Shown: positions 1-10,856, counted from the first letter of the stretch. The stretch: 64,000 nucleotides of DNA from Microcoleus sp. (GCA_052279835.1 CP181291.1:3360001-3424000); one strand, 5' to 3'. The notes: generated by a model not told the origin, from the sequence alone. A program made the numbers and translations.

Positions 1-1100
1 GTCGATCGGGCACAGCGCACAAAATCTAATTCAAATCCCGGTTGGCGCATTCCGGTGCAAGGTAACAATATCTGCTCTTTGATACTCATTAAACAAAAAG
101 CTATACCCAAAGCTCCCGAAGCTCCCAAAGTATGTCCCGTCCCCCCTTTAGTCGAACTAACAGCAACTCCGAAAGGAAACAACTTATTAATTAAAAGTGC
201 TTCGTGTTGGTCATTTAGCCCCGTTGCAGTGCCGTGAGCGTGAATGAAATCGATGTCAAACGTTGATAAATTGCTCCGTTTCAAACATTGATTTACCGCG
301 GCGATCGCACTTTTTCCTCCAATTTCCGGCGCATTACCATAACACGCATCATTTGTCAAGCCAAAACCCGAAACTCGGCCGTAAATTTGAGCACCGCGAC
401 TCATTGCCAAATCCGCCGATTCTAATACAAATAAAGCTCCACCTTCGCCGAGTACCAACCCTTCCCGGTCTCGATCGAAGGGATAGCAACCAGTTGTGGC
501 CAAAGCACCCATCCGGTTAAATCCAGTCAGAGTTAAGGGTGTGATGGGGGCTTCCACGGCACCTGCGATCGCCCGCTGACACAGACCAGTTTGGATTAAC
601 TCAACAGCTTGGGCGATCGACCAAATACCAGTCGCACAAGCCGCCATCGGCGCGAGCACCGGCCCGGTAGAACCAATTGCTCTGGCCACTGCGATCGCCC
701 CCATGTGAGGCAAAAAATTCACAAATTCAGAATGGGGAATCGCCAATTCCCTTCCTTCTTCCTTCTGACTTCCCCATACTGGGGTAAGGGGGGGTCTTCT
801 GACTTCTGTTAACAACAGTTCCAAATTGGCTTGAAAACCACGGCTAGAGCCGATCGCAATTCCACAATCAGGAAGCGGCAAAGTCAAATTAGCATCTTGC
901 AAAGCATCTGCCAAAACCCGTCGCATTAAAGTTATTAAATCCGCCGGTTTTGAATCAATTAAACCCAGAGGTCGAGGTTGAAGTTCTAAAAAAGGTTGAT
1001 GTTCTTGAATTCCCGACTCCCCCACTAACAGTTTTTTCCAGCTAGTTTCCAGAGAGCCTAAAGCAGAAACTAAACCAATTCCAGTAACAACAACATCCAT
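1..1100 (-). CDS. Beta-ketoacyl-ACP synthase (FabF-like), 3' end runs off window
   Basis: Not in the ORF track. Manual translation from ATG 1100 gives MDVVVTGIGLVSALG...APMAACATG (catalytic Cys)...PFDRDREGLVLGEG...HAHGTATGLND...STKGGTGHTLGASG; frame confirmed at checked positions. Confidence 0.9.
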   Translation of the reverse strand, partial: MDVVVTGIGLVSALGSLETSWKKLLVGESGIQEHQPFLELQPRPLGLIDSKPADLITLMRRVLADALQDANLTLPLPDCGIAIGSSRGFQANLELLLTEVRRPPLTPVWGSQKEEGRELAIPHSEFVNFLPHMGAIAVARAIGSTGPVLAPMAACATGIWSIAQAVELIQTGLCQRAIAGAVEAPITPLTLTGFNRMGALATTGCYPFDRDREGLVLGEGGALFVLESADLAMSRGAQIYGRVSGFGLTNDACYGNAPEIGGKSAIAAVNQCLKRSNLSTFDIDFIHAHGTATGLNDQHEALLINKLFPFGVAVSSTKGGTGHTLGASGALGIAFCLMSIKEQILLPCTGMRQPGFELDFVRCARS

Positions 1101-1226
1101 AAATTAAAGGCTGGGTTTTGGCAAAAATCAGAAAGTAGACAGCAGAAAGCATTTGCTTATCTCAGGAATACTGACTACTAACTAATGACTCATGACTAAG
1201 GACGAATAACTACTAACTAATGCCCA

Positions 1227-2006
1227 CTAACTAACCGCCTTAAAATTTTCCAAACCTTGAGTCACAGTAGCTTTGTCAATGCGATCGCCAGCCTCAATCT
1301 TATCAACCACATCCATCCCTTGCTTGACGTAGCCAAAAACCGCATAGCTACCGTCCAAAAAAGGTACATCCGTCAAAGTAAAATAAAACTGCGAAGAAGC
1401 CGAATCAGGAGCATTCGATCGAGCCATAGCCACAGCCCCACGACTATGCACCAAAACAGGTTTCTCAGTAACCCTAGCTTGCTCAAAGGTGGTGCTGTAG
1501 GTAGGACTTTTCGCACCTTTAGCTTTAATTTCCAGAGGAATATATCGTTCCTGAGAAGTTTTCGGGTCAATAAAACCACCAGTTCCCAACCGCTGAGAAG
1601 GGAATTTAGGATCTTTCCCCTGGGGGTCGCCACCTTGAACCACAAAAGGCTGAGGTTCCCGTACTACGCGGTGAAATACCAGCCCATCGTAGACACCTTT
1701 CTGAACCAAATCCACAAAATTGCCCGCAGTAATCGGAGCATTTGTACCGTCAAGTTCGATCGTAATTGGCGATCCTTTAACCGTCATCACCACCGTTGCT
1801 TTTCCTTCCAAACGCGGCAAGTTACTAAATTGCGAACTAGCAGCCACAACAGCAGGAGACGGAGACGGAGACAAAGAAATACTTTCACCAGATGCCGGAT
1901 TCGGTGTGGGAGTAGAATTGGCGGGAGTGGAACTACCACATCCACCTACAAAAAGGGCACCAATGATTAAAATTGAGAAAAACCACTGCTGAATTCGGAT
2001 TTGCAT
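1227..2006 (-). CDS. Cyclophilin-type peptidyl-prolyl isomerase, probable lipoprotein
   Basis: [43 protein letters not shown] motifs; N-terminal hydrophobic stretch ending VGGC; start could be 2018. Confidence 0.9.
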   Translation of the reverse strand: MQIRIQQWFFSILIIGALFVGGCGSSTPANSTPTPNPASGESISLSPSPSPAVVAASSQFSNLPRLEGKATVVMTVKGSPITIELDGTNAPITAGNFVDLVQKGVYDGLVFHRVVREPQPFVVQGGDPQGKDPKFPSQRLGTGGFIDPKTSQERYIPLEIKAKGAKSPTYSTTFEQARVTEKPVLVHSRGAVAMARSNAPDSASSQFYFTLTDVPFLDGSYAVFGYVKQGMDVVDKIEAGDRIDKATVTQGLENFKAVS

Positions 2007-2191
2007 TTTCACTTTCACTTGATTAAAAACTTGGCAACTAGAGATGTTAGACCAAAAACTCAGAAATTGCTAAGTGGATGGGGAGGGTAGGCATTCTTGG
2101 CACTACCCCTACACAATGATGGTTTGTCACCAGAATGAAACAGCCCTGCCCACTTACCAATTCCAAATCCAAAATCTCAAATCTAAAATTC

Positions 2192-2758
2192 TTAAAGTCC
2201 TTCCAAGGGAACCTTCAAAAATCGAGCCAATTCGGCCGCTTCATTTTCCACCTTAGACAAGGATATGGGTTGTCCGACTCTAGTCAGGGGAAACTGACGG
2301 CGGTCTTTGAGCTTGAGATAAATACTGCGACGGGGACTGAGACCGTCTTTGATGTCCACCCGTACTGATTGAACATCGGATGTTTTGCAGGTAAAGTCTA
2401 CTTTACGGTTTTTGCCTGGAAAACCCCAGCGAAAGATGCGAATACTGCCTGTTTCGCGATCGAACTCATTATACCCGCCACCAAGATCCCAGAGAACACT
2501 CAGCCAGAGGTAAGACCCCAACAGCAGAGCACAGACACCGTAGAAACCCATCGCGATGCCCTGGGGGATAAAAATGAGCTGAGTCGGGTCAGCAAAAGGC
2601 AGCAGATTTACGTGCAAGTAGCTAGAAATGCTCGACAGCAGGAAGCCAGTCCCTCCAATGCTGACCACCGTCGCCCACCAGTAATTGCTGAAGCGGCGGG
2701 AACCCAAAACCTGCTGGCGCAGGATGCGTCCGCTCGAAGTCGTTGTTTGTGCAGTCAT
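2192..2758 (-). CDS. ycf4: Photosystem I assembly protein Ycf4
   Basis: GSRRFSNYWWA, PQGIAMGFYG, FRWGFPGKNR, LARFLKVPLEG; divergent from psbD. Confidence 0.95.
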   Translation of the reverse strand: MTAQTTTSSGRILRQQVLGSRRFSNYWWATVVSIGGTGFLLSSISSYLHVNLLPFADPTQLIFIPQGIAMGFYGVCALLLGSYLWLSVLWDLGGGYNEFDRETGSIRIFRWGFPGKNRKVDFTCKTSDVQSVRVDIKDGLSPRRSIYLKLKDRRQFPLTRVGQPISLSKVENEAAELARFLKVPLEGL

Positions 2759-2953
2759 AAAATTCAAAAGCGTTAAAGCCAAATCTTAATTCAACTACCA
2801 ATCGAGTTGAAATTTTATGAAATTATAATGTATAGTTATGTTAACTTTAATTAGAACCACCTTTCATCCCCACCTAACATTCATATATGAAGAATTTTAG
2901 TTGGGGTAATTGACAAACCTTAACCTTTTAACAAGCAAGAGGATTTTACAGCA

Positions 2954-4012
2954 ATGACAATTGCAGTCGGACGCGCCCAGAACGAGCGAGGCATCTTTGA
3001 TGTACTCGACGACTGGCTCAAACGCGATCGTTTCGTCTTCGTAGGCTGGTCTGGCATCCTGCTATTCCCCTGCGCCTACATGGCCATTGGTGGCTGGCTG
3101 ACCGGCACCACCTTCGTCACATCCTGGTACACCCACGGTTTGGCAAGCTCCTACCTCGAAGGAGCCAACTTCCTCACCGTCGCAGTATCCACCCCAGCCA
3201 ACAGCCTCGGACACTCCCTGCTGTTCCTGTGGGGCCCCGAAGCACAGTGGGACTTCACCCGCTGGTTCCAACTCGGTGGCCTATGGGCCTTTGTCGCACT
3301 CCACGGCGCTTTCGCACTGATCGGCTTCTGCTTGCGTCAGATCGAAATCTCCCGTTTAGTCGGCATCCGTCCTTACAACGCTTTGGCATTCACTGGCCCC
3401 ATCGCCGTGTTCGTCTCGGTGTTCCTGCTTTACCCCTTGGGTCAATCAGGCTGGTTCTTTGCCCCCAGCTTCGGCGTGGCAGCAATTTTCCGCTTCCTCC
3501 TATTCCTGCAAGGCTTCCACAACTGGACCCTCAACCCCTTCCACATGATGGGTGTTGCAGGTATCTTGGGTGGTGCGCTCTTGTGCGCCATTCACGGTGC
3601 TACCGTGGAAAACACCTTGTTTGAAGACGGTGAAGGTGCTAACACTTTCCGCGCTTTCAACCCAACTCAGTCTGAAGAAACCTACTCCATGGTGACAGCT
3701 AACCGTTTTTGGTCGCAAATCTTCGGAATTGCTTTCTCCAACAAACGTTGGTTACACTTCTTCATGTTGTTCGTACCTGTCACAGGCTTGTGGATGAGCT
3801 CTTTGGGTATCGTCGGTTTAGCATTAAACCTGCGGGCCTATGACTTTGTATCCCAAGAACTTCGTGCAGCAGAAGATCCTGAGTTTGAAACGTTCTACAC
3901 TAAGAATATTCTGTTGAACGAAGGTATTCGTGCTTGGATGGCTCCAACCGACCAACCACACGAAAACTTCATCTTCCCAGAAGAAGTTCTGCCTCGTGGT
4001 AACGCACTTTAA
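2954..4012 (+). CDS. psbD: Photosystem II D2 protein
   Basis: 352 aa, MTIAVGRA...[16 protein letters not shown]...[10 protein letters not shown]. Confidence 0.99.
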   Translation: MTIAVGRAQNERGIFDVLDDWLKRDRFVFVGWSGILLFPCAYMAIGGWLTGTTFVTSWYTHGLASSYLEGANFLTVAVSTPANSLGHSLLFLWGPEAQWDFTRWFQLGGLWAFVALHGAFALIGFCLRQIEISRLVGIRPYNALAFTGPIAVFVSVFLLYPLGQSGWFFAPSFGVAAIFRFLLFLQGFHNWTLNPFHMMGVAGILGGALLCAIHGATVENTLFEDGEGANTFRAFNPTQSEETYSMVTANRFWSQIFGIAFSNKRWLHFFMLFVPVTGLWMSSLGIVGLALNLRAYDFVSQELRAAEDPEFETFYTKNILLNEGIRAWMAPTDQPHENFIFPEEVLPRGNAL

Positions 4013-4336
4013 TGCTGCTCACGGCCAATTTGCCAATATTTTCAAGTATGTTGCTTGGAAATTGGGTAAAAACGTTTTGTTCGTCGAGCCCAAGAGAACT
4101 TCTCAGTATTGCTGGAATTGCCTCAACAAAGTACCGAAAGAATTGGCACAAAGGTGGCATTCTTGTCGGTGCGGAGAGTCTTTAGATCGAGACGAAAACT
4201 CGGCTAAACTTATCAAAAAGATTGGCCTGAGTAATGAAAGTGGCGGGGGAACTCCGTCACTCAAAAAAGCCCTTGCACAAAGGGAAATAGAAGCCTGCGG
4301 TCTAGCGGTACTCCGCTGACCGTCAGGTTAGTTCAC
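4010..4336 (+). mobile_element. tnpB: 5'-truncated IS200/IS605-family tnpB remnant with right end (probable omega-RNA scaffold region)
   Basis: AAHGQF...EPKRTSQYCWNC...WHSCRCGESLDRDENSAK (TSQxCxxC zinc ribbon plus DRDxN RuvC-III); hairpin CCTGCGGTCTAGCGG-TACT-CCGCTGACCGTCAGG followed by TAGTTCAC, typical of these right ends. Confidence 0.85.
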
Positions 4337-4454
4337 ACACCGATCTCCAAATCCTAGTTCCCAGGCGGAGGGGCTGCTTCCCCGCAACCAATCTGGTAAC
4401 GAAAAAACCAGAAATTCCCAATCAAAAATCCCAAATAGATGGAGGTTATACCGC

Positions 4455-5834
4455 GTGGTAACGCTCTCTAATTCCTATGCAAGCGGTCGCGACCAAGAGT
4501 CCTCCGGGTTCGCTTGGTGGTCTGGCAACGCTCGTTTGATCAATCTTTCCGGCAAACTGCTCGGCGCCCACGTCGCTCACGCCGGCTTGATCGTTTTCTG
4601 GGCTGGAGCAATGACTTTGTTTGAAGTCGCTCACTTTATTCCAGAAAAGCCCATGTACGAACAAGGCTTAATCTTGATGCCTCACGTCGCTACTTTGGGT
4701 TGGGGCGTCGGCCCTGGCGGTGAAGTTACAGACATCTTCCCGTTCTTCGTAGTCGGTGTTCTCCACTTGATTTCATCTGCTGTTCTCGGTTTGGGCGGCA
4801 TTTATCACGCCGTTCGCGGCCCTGAAGTTCTCGAAGAATATTCTTCGTTCTTCGGCTACGACTGGAAAGATAAAAACCAGATGACCAACATCATCGGCTA
4901 TCACCTGATTTTGTTGGGTGGCGGTTGCTTGCTGCTGGTTGCTAAGGCCATGTTCTTCGGCGGTGTCTATGACACTTGGGCTCCGGGTGGCGGCGACGTG
5001 CGTATTATCACGAACCCGACTCTCAACCCCGCTGTGATTTTTGGCTACTTGGTTCGTTCTCCTTTTGGTGGCGAAGGCTGGATAGTCAGCGTCAACAACA
5101 TGGAAGACATCATCGGCGGTCACATCTGGCTGGGCCTGATTTGTATCGCTGGCGGTGTTTGGCACATTTTGACCAAGCCTTTCGGCTGGGCTCGTCGCGC
5201 CTTAATCTGGTCTGGCGAAGCTTACTTGTCTTACAGCTTGGGTGCTTTGTCCCTGATGGGCTTCATCGCTTGCTGTTTTGTTTGGTTCAACAACACTGCT
5301 TACCCCAGCGAATTCTACGGCCCGACTGGTCCTGAAGCTTCTCAAGCGCAAGCTTTGACCTTCTTGATCCGCGACCAACGCTTGGGTGCTAACGTCGGTT
5401 CTGCACAAGGCCCGACTGGTCTGGGTAAATACCTGATGCGCTCTCCTACTGGCGAAATCATTTTCGGCGGTGAAACCATGCGTTTCTGGGATTTCCAAGG
5501 CCCTTGGTTGGAACCTTTGCGTGGTACTAATGGCTTGGATTTGAACAAAATTAAGAATGACATTCAGCCTTGGCAAGCTCGCCGCGCTGCTGAGTACATG
5601 ACTCATGCTCCTTTGGGTTCTTTGAACTCTGTGGGTGGTGTGGCGACTGAAGTTAACTCGTTTAACTTCACTTCTCCTCGTTCTTGGTTGTCCTGTTTCC
5701 ACTTTGTGATGGGTTTCTTTTTCTTGGTCGGCCACTTGTGGCACGCTGGTCGCGCTCGTGCGGCTGTCGCTGGCTTTGAGAAGGGTATCAATCGTGAGAC
5801 GGAAGCGGTTCTTTCGATGCCTGATTTGGATTAA
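4455..5834 (+). CDS. psbC: Photosystem II CP43
   Basis: GTG start after [23 protein letters not shown]...LSMPDLD. Confidence 0.99.
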   Translation: MVTLSNSYASGRDQESSGFAWWSGNARLINLSGKLLGAHVAHAGLIVFWAGAMTLFEVAHFIPEKPMYEQGLILMPHVATLGWGVGPGGEVTDIFPFFVVGVLHLISSAVLGLGGIYHAVRGPEVLEEYSSFFGYDWKDKNQMTNIIGYHLILLGGGCLLLVAKAMFFGGVYDTWAPGGGDVRIITNPTLNPAVIFGYLVRSPFGGEGWIVSVNNMEDIIGGHIWLGLICIAGGVWHILTKPFGWARRALIWSGEAYLSYSLGALSLMGFIACCFVWFNNTAYPSEFYGPTGPEASQAQALTFLIRDQRLGANVGSAQGPTGLGKYLMRSPTGEIIFGGETMRFWDFQGPWLEPLRGTNGLDLNKIKNDIQPWQARRAAEYMTHAPLGSLNSVGGVATEVNSFNFTSPRSWLSCFHFVMGFFFLVGHLWHAGRARAAVAGFEKGINRETEAVLSMPDLD

Positions 5835-5872
5835 TCGATCGCATTTATTGCTGATTTGATTGTCTAATCATT

Positions 5873-5905
5873 AAAAGGCTCCTGTTTAATCGCAGGAGCC
5901 TTTTT
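5873..5905 (+). terminator. Rho-independent terminator after psbC
   Basis: AAAAGGCTCCTG-loop-CAGGAGCCTTTTT. Confidence 0.8.
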
Positions 5906-6149
5906 GTTGAGATCTGGTAATACAATGATATGGTTTCGGAATTATTTAACCGCCAAGGTGGTTAAGGCATAACTTTGGGGTAAGGGCTCTCGCATTCGGG
6001 CAGATAATTTATGGGTTTTACTCAAGAATTTTCCGCCCGAATGCTTCGCCCCTACTGCCTTAATCGCCTTGGCGGTTGCTATATTTAACCGCAGAGACCG
6101 CAGAGGCAGAGAAGGAGAGATGAATAATTCCGATATCAAGGGATTTGAT

Positions 6150-6788
6150 ATGGCTCGTCTAACTTGGTTGAGTTTACTAAAAACACGTCGGACGATCGCA
6201 GTTATTCGTTCGGACGATCGGGAAATGGCTTGGCAGATGGCACAAGCTGTAGCTAAAGGGGGAATTGAGTTTATTGAAATTACTTGGAATACTGAAAAAG
6301 CGGGTGAGTTAATTTCTCAACTCCGCTTGGAATTTCCTACTTTTAGTATTGGTACTGGCACATTATTGAATTTAGAACAGTTGCAGGAAGCTATAGCTTG
6401 TGGCGCTCAATTCCTGTTTACTCCTCACACTGATGTAGCTATGATTAAATTAGCTGTTGACGCGGGAGTGCCGATCGTCCCTGGTGCTTTCTCTCCGACG
6501 GAAATTGTGACGGCGTGGCAAGCGGGCGCTACCTGCGTTAAGGTGTTTCCGATATCGAGTTTGGGAGGTGCGGCTTACCTGAAAGCTCTGCAAGGCCCGC
6601 TGGGTGACATTCCTTTGATTCCGACGGGTGGGGTGACGCTGGATAATGCGAAGGTATTTATTGATGCTGGGGCGATCGCGGTTGGTTTAGCTGGAGACTT
6701 ATTTCCCAAACATTTGGTGGCTAATGGGGATTGGGAGGCGATCGCCCAAATTGCTCGCACTCTCACCCAAAACTTAACAACTTCTTAA
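6150..6788 (+). CDS. eda: KDPG/KHG aldolase
   Basis: IAVIR, EITW, IGTGT, PGAFSPTEI, VKVFP, IPTGGV; the longer ORF from 6069 lies in a repeat. Confidence 0.9.
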   Translation: MARLTWLSLLKTRRTIAVIRSDDREMAWQMAQAVAKGGIEFIEITWNTEKAGELISQLRLEFPTFSIGTGTLLNLEQLQEAIACGAQFLFTPHTDVAMIKLAVDAGVPIVPGAFSPTEIVTAWQAGATCVKVFPISSLGGAAYLKALQGPLGDIPLIPTGGVTLDNAKVFIDAGAIAVGLAGDLFPKHLVANGDWEAIAQIARTLTQNLTTS

Positions 6789-6847
6789 TCCTGTTTCCTA
6801 ATCTAAAATCTCAAATTTGAATTTTCAAATGAGCTGAGGTCTGAGAA

Positions 6848-7369
6848 ATGAAAAACAATATAAACTCAAGTTACTTCCACCGCGTTGGAACTTTAGCTGC
6901 TGGCTTGGCCTTGACAATTGCAGCTTTTTGTGGTACGTCAAATCCTGTAATTGCAGGGGAAAAGCACAACACCATTGCCTATCGAATTATGGAGTTGCAA
7001 CAATCTAGTCAACGCTGGATTGAAATAGATTTATCCAGACAAAAGCTCATAGCTTGGGAAGGAAATAAATCAGTTTATGCTGTCAATATTTCCAGTGGCA
7101 AATCATCGACTCCCACGCGCACGGGAACGTTTGCGATTCAAACCAAATATCGGGTTGCAAGGATGACTGGGCCGGACTACGATGTCCCCGATGTTCCTTA
7201 TACCATGTATTACGATGGTGGCATGGCAATCCACGGCGCTTATTGGCACAATTTGTTTGGAAATCCTGTGACTCATGGTTGTACAAATGTGGCGGTAAAT
7301 CACGCTAAATGGCTCTTCAATTGGGCATCGGTGGGGACTGCGGTGGTGGTACACAAATCTGAAATTTAG
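6848..7369 (+). CDS. L,D-transpeptidase (YkuD family)
   Basis: Signal-like N-terminus; IEIDLSRQ, TPTRTG, AIHGAYWH...THGCTN catalytic motif. Confidence 0.9.
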   Translation: MKNNINSSYFHRVGTLAAGLALTIAAFCGTSNPVIAGEKHNTIAYRIMELQQSSQRWIEIDLSRQKLIAWEGNKSVYAVNISSGKSSTPTRTGTFAIQTKYRVARMTGPDYDVPDVPYTMYYDGGMAIHGAYWHNLFGNPVTHGCTNVAVNHAKWLFNWASVGTAVVVHKSEI

Positions 7370-7440
7370 GGCATGGGGCATAGGAAGTAAAGAAGCTAGT
7401 TGATGTCTAGCGGATATCTAGTAAAGGAGAAAGAAAGCCG

Positions 7441-8076
7441 ATGATCCAAACCATATCCAAGACAAAAACTTTGATGTTTGATGAGTTCGTTGCCTGGTAT
7501 CCAGAAAACTCTGTCCACCGGTACGAACTACACAACGGAGTAATTGTTGAAATGCCTTTAGGAACTGGCGACCATTCCGACGTTACGGGCTTTATATCGA
7601 GTGAAATCAATTTTGAAATCAGGCGACTGCAATTGCCTTATTCAATTCCAGGTGACTGCTTACTCAAGCTTTCTCGTAACGAATCAGGCTACCAACCAGA
7701 TGTAATTGTGCTAGACCGAACCGCACTTATAAACGAACCACGCTGGAAAAAAGAATCGATCATCACGATGGGTAGTTCGGTTCGACTGGCTGTAGAGGTA
7801 GTCAGCACAAACTGGCGGGATGATTATTTTTTCAAGGCCTCTGACTATGAGGAAATGGGCATTTCTGAATACTGGATTGTAGACTATCTCGGTTTAGGTG
7901 GTCGTAAGTTCATCGGTAATCCTAAGCAACCCACAATCTCGGTTTACCAACTGGTAGATGGGGAGTATCAGGTTCAACAGTTTAGGGGAAGTGAGAGGGT
8001 GGAGTCGCTGGCTTTTCCAGAATTGAGCTTGACGGCTGAGCAGATTTTTCGGGCTGGCTTGCCTGCTTGCAGTTGA
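7441..8076 (+). CDS. Uma2 family putative endonuclease
   Basis: YELHNG, PDVIV, AVEVVSTNWRDDY, GISEYWIVD. Confidence 0.9.
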   Translation: MIQTISKTKTLMFDEFVAWYPENSVHRYELHNGVIVEMPLGTGDHSDVTGFISSEINFEIRRLQLPYSIPGDCLLKLSRNESGYQPDVIVLDRTALINEPRWKKESIITMGSSVRLAVEVVSTNWRDDYFFKASDYEEMGISEYWIVDYLGLGGRKFIGNPKQPTISVYQLVDGEYQVQQFRGSERVESLAFPELSLTAEQIFRAGLPACS

Positions 8077-8104
8077 CGGGGGAGAAAGTCACTAAGGTGA
8101 TTTC

Positions 8105-8153
8105 TTAGTCCGCGGAGGCGGACTTTGTTTGTGTAGTAGCGGTTTCAACCGCC
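8105..8153 (+). repeat. REP-like palindromic repeat; further copies form an inverted doublet at about 13093-13140 and 13185-13233, with degenerate copies near 10510 and 19745
   Basis: AGTCCGCGGAGGCGGACTTTGTTTGTGTAG..GCGGTTTCAACCGC recurs. Confidence 0.75.
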
Positions 8154-8164
8154 GAATCATCTAT

Positions 8165-8235
8165 TAGACATCTCCTAAAAAGCCTGGGTCGAACAGGCAG
8201 GATGCCTGTTCCACAATAATTATGGGAGATGTCTA
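8165..8235. repeat. TA-flanked MITE-like element TAGACATCTCC...GGAGATGTCTA; second copy 59031-59102
   Basis: Terminal inverted repeats shared by both copies around an internal palindrome. Confidence 0.8.
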
Positions 8236-8245
8236 AAGTATATCC

Positions 8246-9835
8246 TTAACTTAGCTGCACAACTGGTTTATCCTCTAACAAAGTTTGATTTGTCAGCAAA
8301 TCTTCCACGGTAATTCGCAGAAAACGCTGTTCATCAACGCGGAATAAAGCTTTTATGCGATCGCCTCCCGGATACCCCGGCGGTGTCAATTGAGCGATGC
8401 TGCGAGCTCCGTCTTTGTCGTTTAGCGGTTGTACAGATGTTTTGCCTGCGAGTTGGCGAGTAATGAGTCTATCACCATCAAAATAGATCTCTGTGCTGCC
8501 AGTTTCCGCTCCCAATTCACCGATAATTAATTCTATACTCGGCTGATTTTCTAGAGAAGCTCCCAATACTAATTCTACTGGTTCGGTCATCGGGTAAGAC
8601 TGACCGGATTTGATTAAGTTATGCCAACTATGACAATTTTCGCGACGATTCCAGTACCGAATGCCATAACTGTGGTAGAGAAAATCTTTGATTTGTATAC
8701 CTTGACTCAGTTGCAGAGCACCTTGGGCGATCGCCTCAAAGGGCTTGTCACACTTAATTTTTGCTGGATCGAAATATTGTTCAACCCACCGTTTTACAGC
8801 CGGAATTTGTACAGTGCCGCCAACTAGCAAAACTGCGTCGATATCCGCAATTTCTAAACCCTGACGGCGCGCTTGCTGCAATACTTGATTCATGGACTCA
8901 TCCAGGTTGTCAAAAAATTGATGTTCGGCGAGGATGGATTCAAAGCGATCGCGATTTAATTCTAATTCATAAGTCTCAAAATTTTCTTCATCAAAATAGA
9001 CCTCTGTAGCCCGTTCTTGTACAGATAATTGAATTTTTAAACGTTCGGCTAATCTAGTGATGATGGAAGATGGCATCATTCCTGTAGTTTTGATGAAATC
9101 ATCTGCCAGCCAATTATCAATATCCGAACCGCCTAAATTTTGTCCAGCTTTAGCTAAAACACGGGCTATTTTGGCTTTTTGTCCTGAAGATTCAGCCAGG
9201 GACTTATCACCCCATTTCAGCAGGAAACCGAGGGGGTTTTTGTGGGCAGAAATATCTAAACGGACTAAAGAAAGGTCGAGAGTTCCGCCACCGAAATCAA
9301 TCACTAACAGATTTTCGCGATCGCCTAAACCGTAACCCAAAGCAGCAGCCGTGGGTTCATCCAACATCCGCACCTGTTCTACTTGCAAGGATTGAGAGAG
9401 TTTTCCCAGCCAATTGCGGTAAGCTTCAAAACTGTCTACAGGAACGGTAAAAACCAAAGAATCTACAGGTAGTGGCAGTTCGCGAATGGAGCCGACAATT
9501 TGAGTCAAAAACCACTGTCCTACTTGCTCAAAATTAACTATTTGTCCGTCAAGTTCTGGGACAAAACCCTGAATGGGAGTGCCAATTCCTCGTTTGAAAT
9601 TGCGGAAAAATCGAGAATCCGTACTCAAGTCAAGGCCTTTGTCGCGGACTTGTTGACCAAGTATTACTTGATTGTGAGCAGCGTTCTCAACATAGAGCAA
9701 ACTAGGAATTAGGGGGGGATTTTGAGCTGAAATTGCCGATAGTCCCGGCAATTTCAAAGTTTCGGGCTTGGATGTCGCCGGATTCCAGCGAGCGACGACG
9801 GTGTTGCTAGTTCCAAAATCAATTGCGATCGCCAT
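8246..9835 (-). CDS. Hsp70 family protein (non-canonical DnaK-like)
   Basis: IDFGTSNT, DEPTAAALGY, IDFGGGTLDLS, LGGSDID, VLLVGGTVQIP. Confidence 0.9.
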   Translation of the reverse strand: MAIAIDFGTSNTVVARWNPATSKPETLKLPGLSAISAQNPPLIPSLLYVENAAHNQVILGQQVRDKGLDLSTDSRFFRNFKRGIGTPIQGFVPELDGQIVNFEQVGQWFLTQIVGSIRELPLPVDSLVFTVPVDSFEAYRNWLGKLSQSLQVEQVRMLDEPTAAALGYGLGDRENLLVIDFGGGTLDLSLVRLDISAHKNPLGFLLKWGDKSLAESSGQKAKIARVLAKAGQNLGGSDIDNWLADDFIKTTGMMPSSIITRLAERLKIQLSVQERATEVYFDEENFETYELELNRDRFESILAEHQFFDNLDESMNQVLQQARRQGLEIADIDAVLLVGGTVQIPAVKRWVEQYFDPAKIKCDKPFEAIAQGALQLSQGIQIKDFLYHSYGIRYWNRRENCHSWHNLIKSGQSYPMTEPVELVLGASLENQPSIELIIGELGAETGSTEIYFDGDRLITRQLAGKTSVQPLNDKDGARSIAQLTPPGYPGGDRIKALFRVDEQRFLRITVEDLLTNQTLLEDKPVVQLS

Positions 9836-10038
9836 TGAAGCAAAATACACAGCTACTAGGGATTACAGCATATTAGGGTATTTGGAGACGCCTATGCAAA
9901 TAGGATATTTCAGGCAGAAAATTGCTGGCTAACCCTGAGCCGATCGCCCTCAAGCCCTAGATTATTTATTTTTGCTTTCAATTCCAGCTAAAATCAAAAT
10001 GAGACTTTTTGAGAAATCTCTGATTAGGGATGCAGCAG

Positions 10039-10476
10039 ATGAACCTACCTTCTTTCTTGTGGTTGTGGAAAATAGCGGCTTGGTCTATGGGTTTTTCCCT
10101 GTTTGCTTACCTGTTGCTGGCGGTTACTGGAACGTGGATGTTCGCCGCTCGTAGCACCAAAAACCCCCGTCCAAAATGGCTGCGTCCTTTCCATTTAGCT
10201 ACAGGTGCGGGGATGGCGACTTTGGTAATTTTACTGCTGGGGATTGGCGTAGTTGGAACCCTGGGAGAATACGGCTATTTAGGTCATTCTGCTCATTTGC
10301 CTGTGGGGTTAGCAGTTGTTACTTTGGTGTTAGTTTCTGTTGCTAGCGGTCTGCAAATTAGCCCCAAAAATCCTTGGGCTCGTCCTTTACATATCGGCGC
10401 TAATTTGACTTTGTGTGGGGGATTTGTGCTGGTGTTGCTGACAGGATGGACTATTGTCCAAAAGTATTTGCCTTGA
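10039..10476 (+). CDS. DUF4079-like membrane protein
   Basis: MNLPSFLWLWKIAAWSMG, about 4 hydrophobic helices with conserved His. Confidence 0.75.
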   Translation: MNLPSFLWLWKIAAWSMGFSLFAYLLLAVTGTWMFAARSTKNPRPKWLRPFHLATGAGMATLVILLLGIGVVGTLGEYGYLGHSAHLPVGLAVVTLVLVSVASGLQISPKNPWARPLHIGANLTLCGGFVLVLLTGWTIVQKYLP

Positions 10477-10609
10477 TGTTTTTGCAGTTTGCTAGGCCGT
10501 TTATGATTCGGCGGTTGAAAGCGCTACTACGCAAACTTTCGTCCGCGCCACGCGAGAGTGAAAAACCAGGTGGTAGGATTTGGTATCAGAAAATCGGGTT
10601 TTTGTGTAA

Positions 10610-10845
10610 TATCGTTTACGGTTGCATCGGAATGATTTAACCGCTCTTGGCGCAGAGGGCACAGAGGAGGAGAAGAGAGATGAATACAGGACGATACCAA
10701 AGGATTTGATATTATATCAAATCCTCTCTTCATTGGAATTATTAAACTCTCTCTTCTCTTCCTCTTTCCCCCCTTGGGGGGGGCAGGGGGGGGTCGTCCT
10801 TCGCGCCTTCGCGGTTAAATCATTCCGATACAACCGGAATTGATA
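10610..10845. repeat. Tail-to-tail pair of a roughly 100-bp TATCAA...TTGATA element; other copies 53821-53923, 53932-54006, 61323-61400, partial 6083-6150, 22560-22618, 38995-39045
   Basis: Shared core TATCAATTCCGGTTGTATCGGAATGATTTAACCGC...GAGAGGATTTGATA. Confidence 0.8.
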
Positions 10846-10856
10846 TAACTTCTGAG

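Noticed and set aside
3700..4012. Foreign, recoded psbD 3' end brought in by the element
   Set aside because: The codon shift resembles the 5'-to-3' gradient seen in other genes here; not supportable without alignment
4013..4440. Group I intron or IStron between the two psbD tails
   Set aside because: Only about 100 nt remain outside the tnpB remnant, I see no P7-like core, and psbD is complete without splicing
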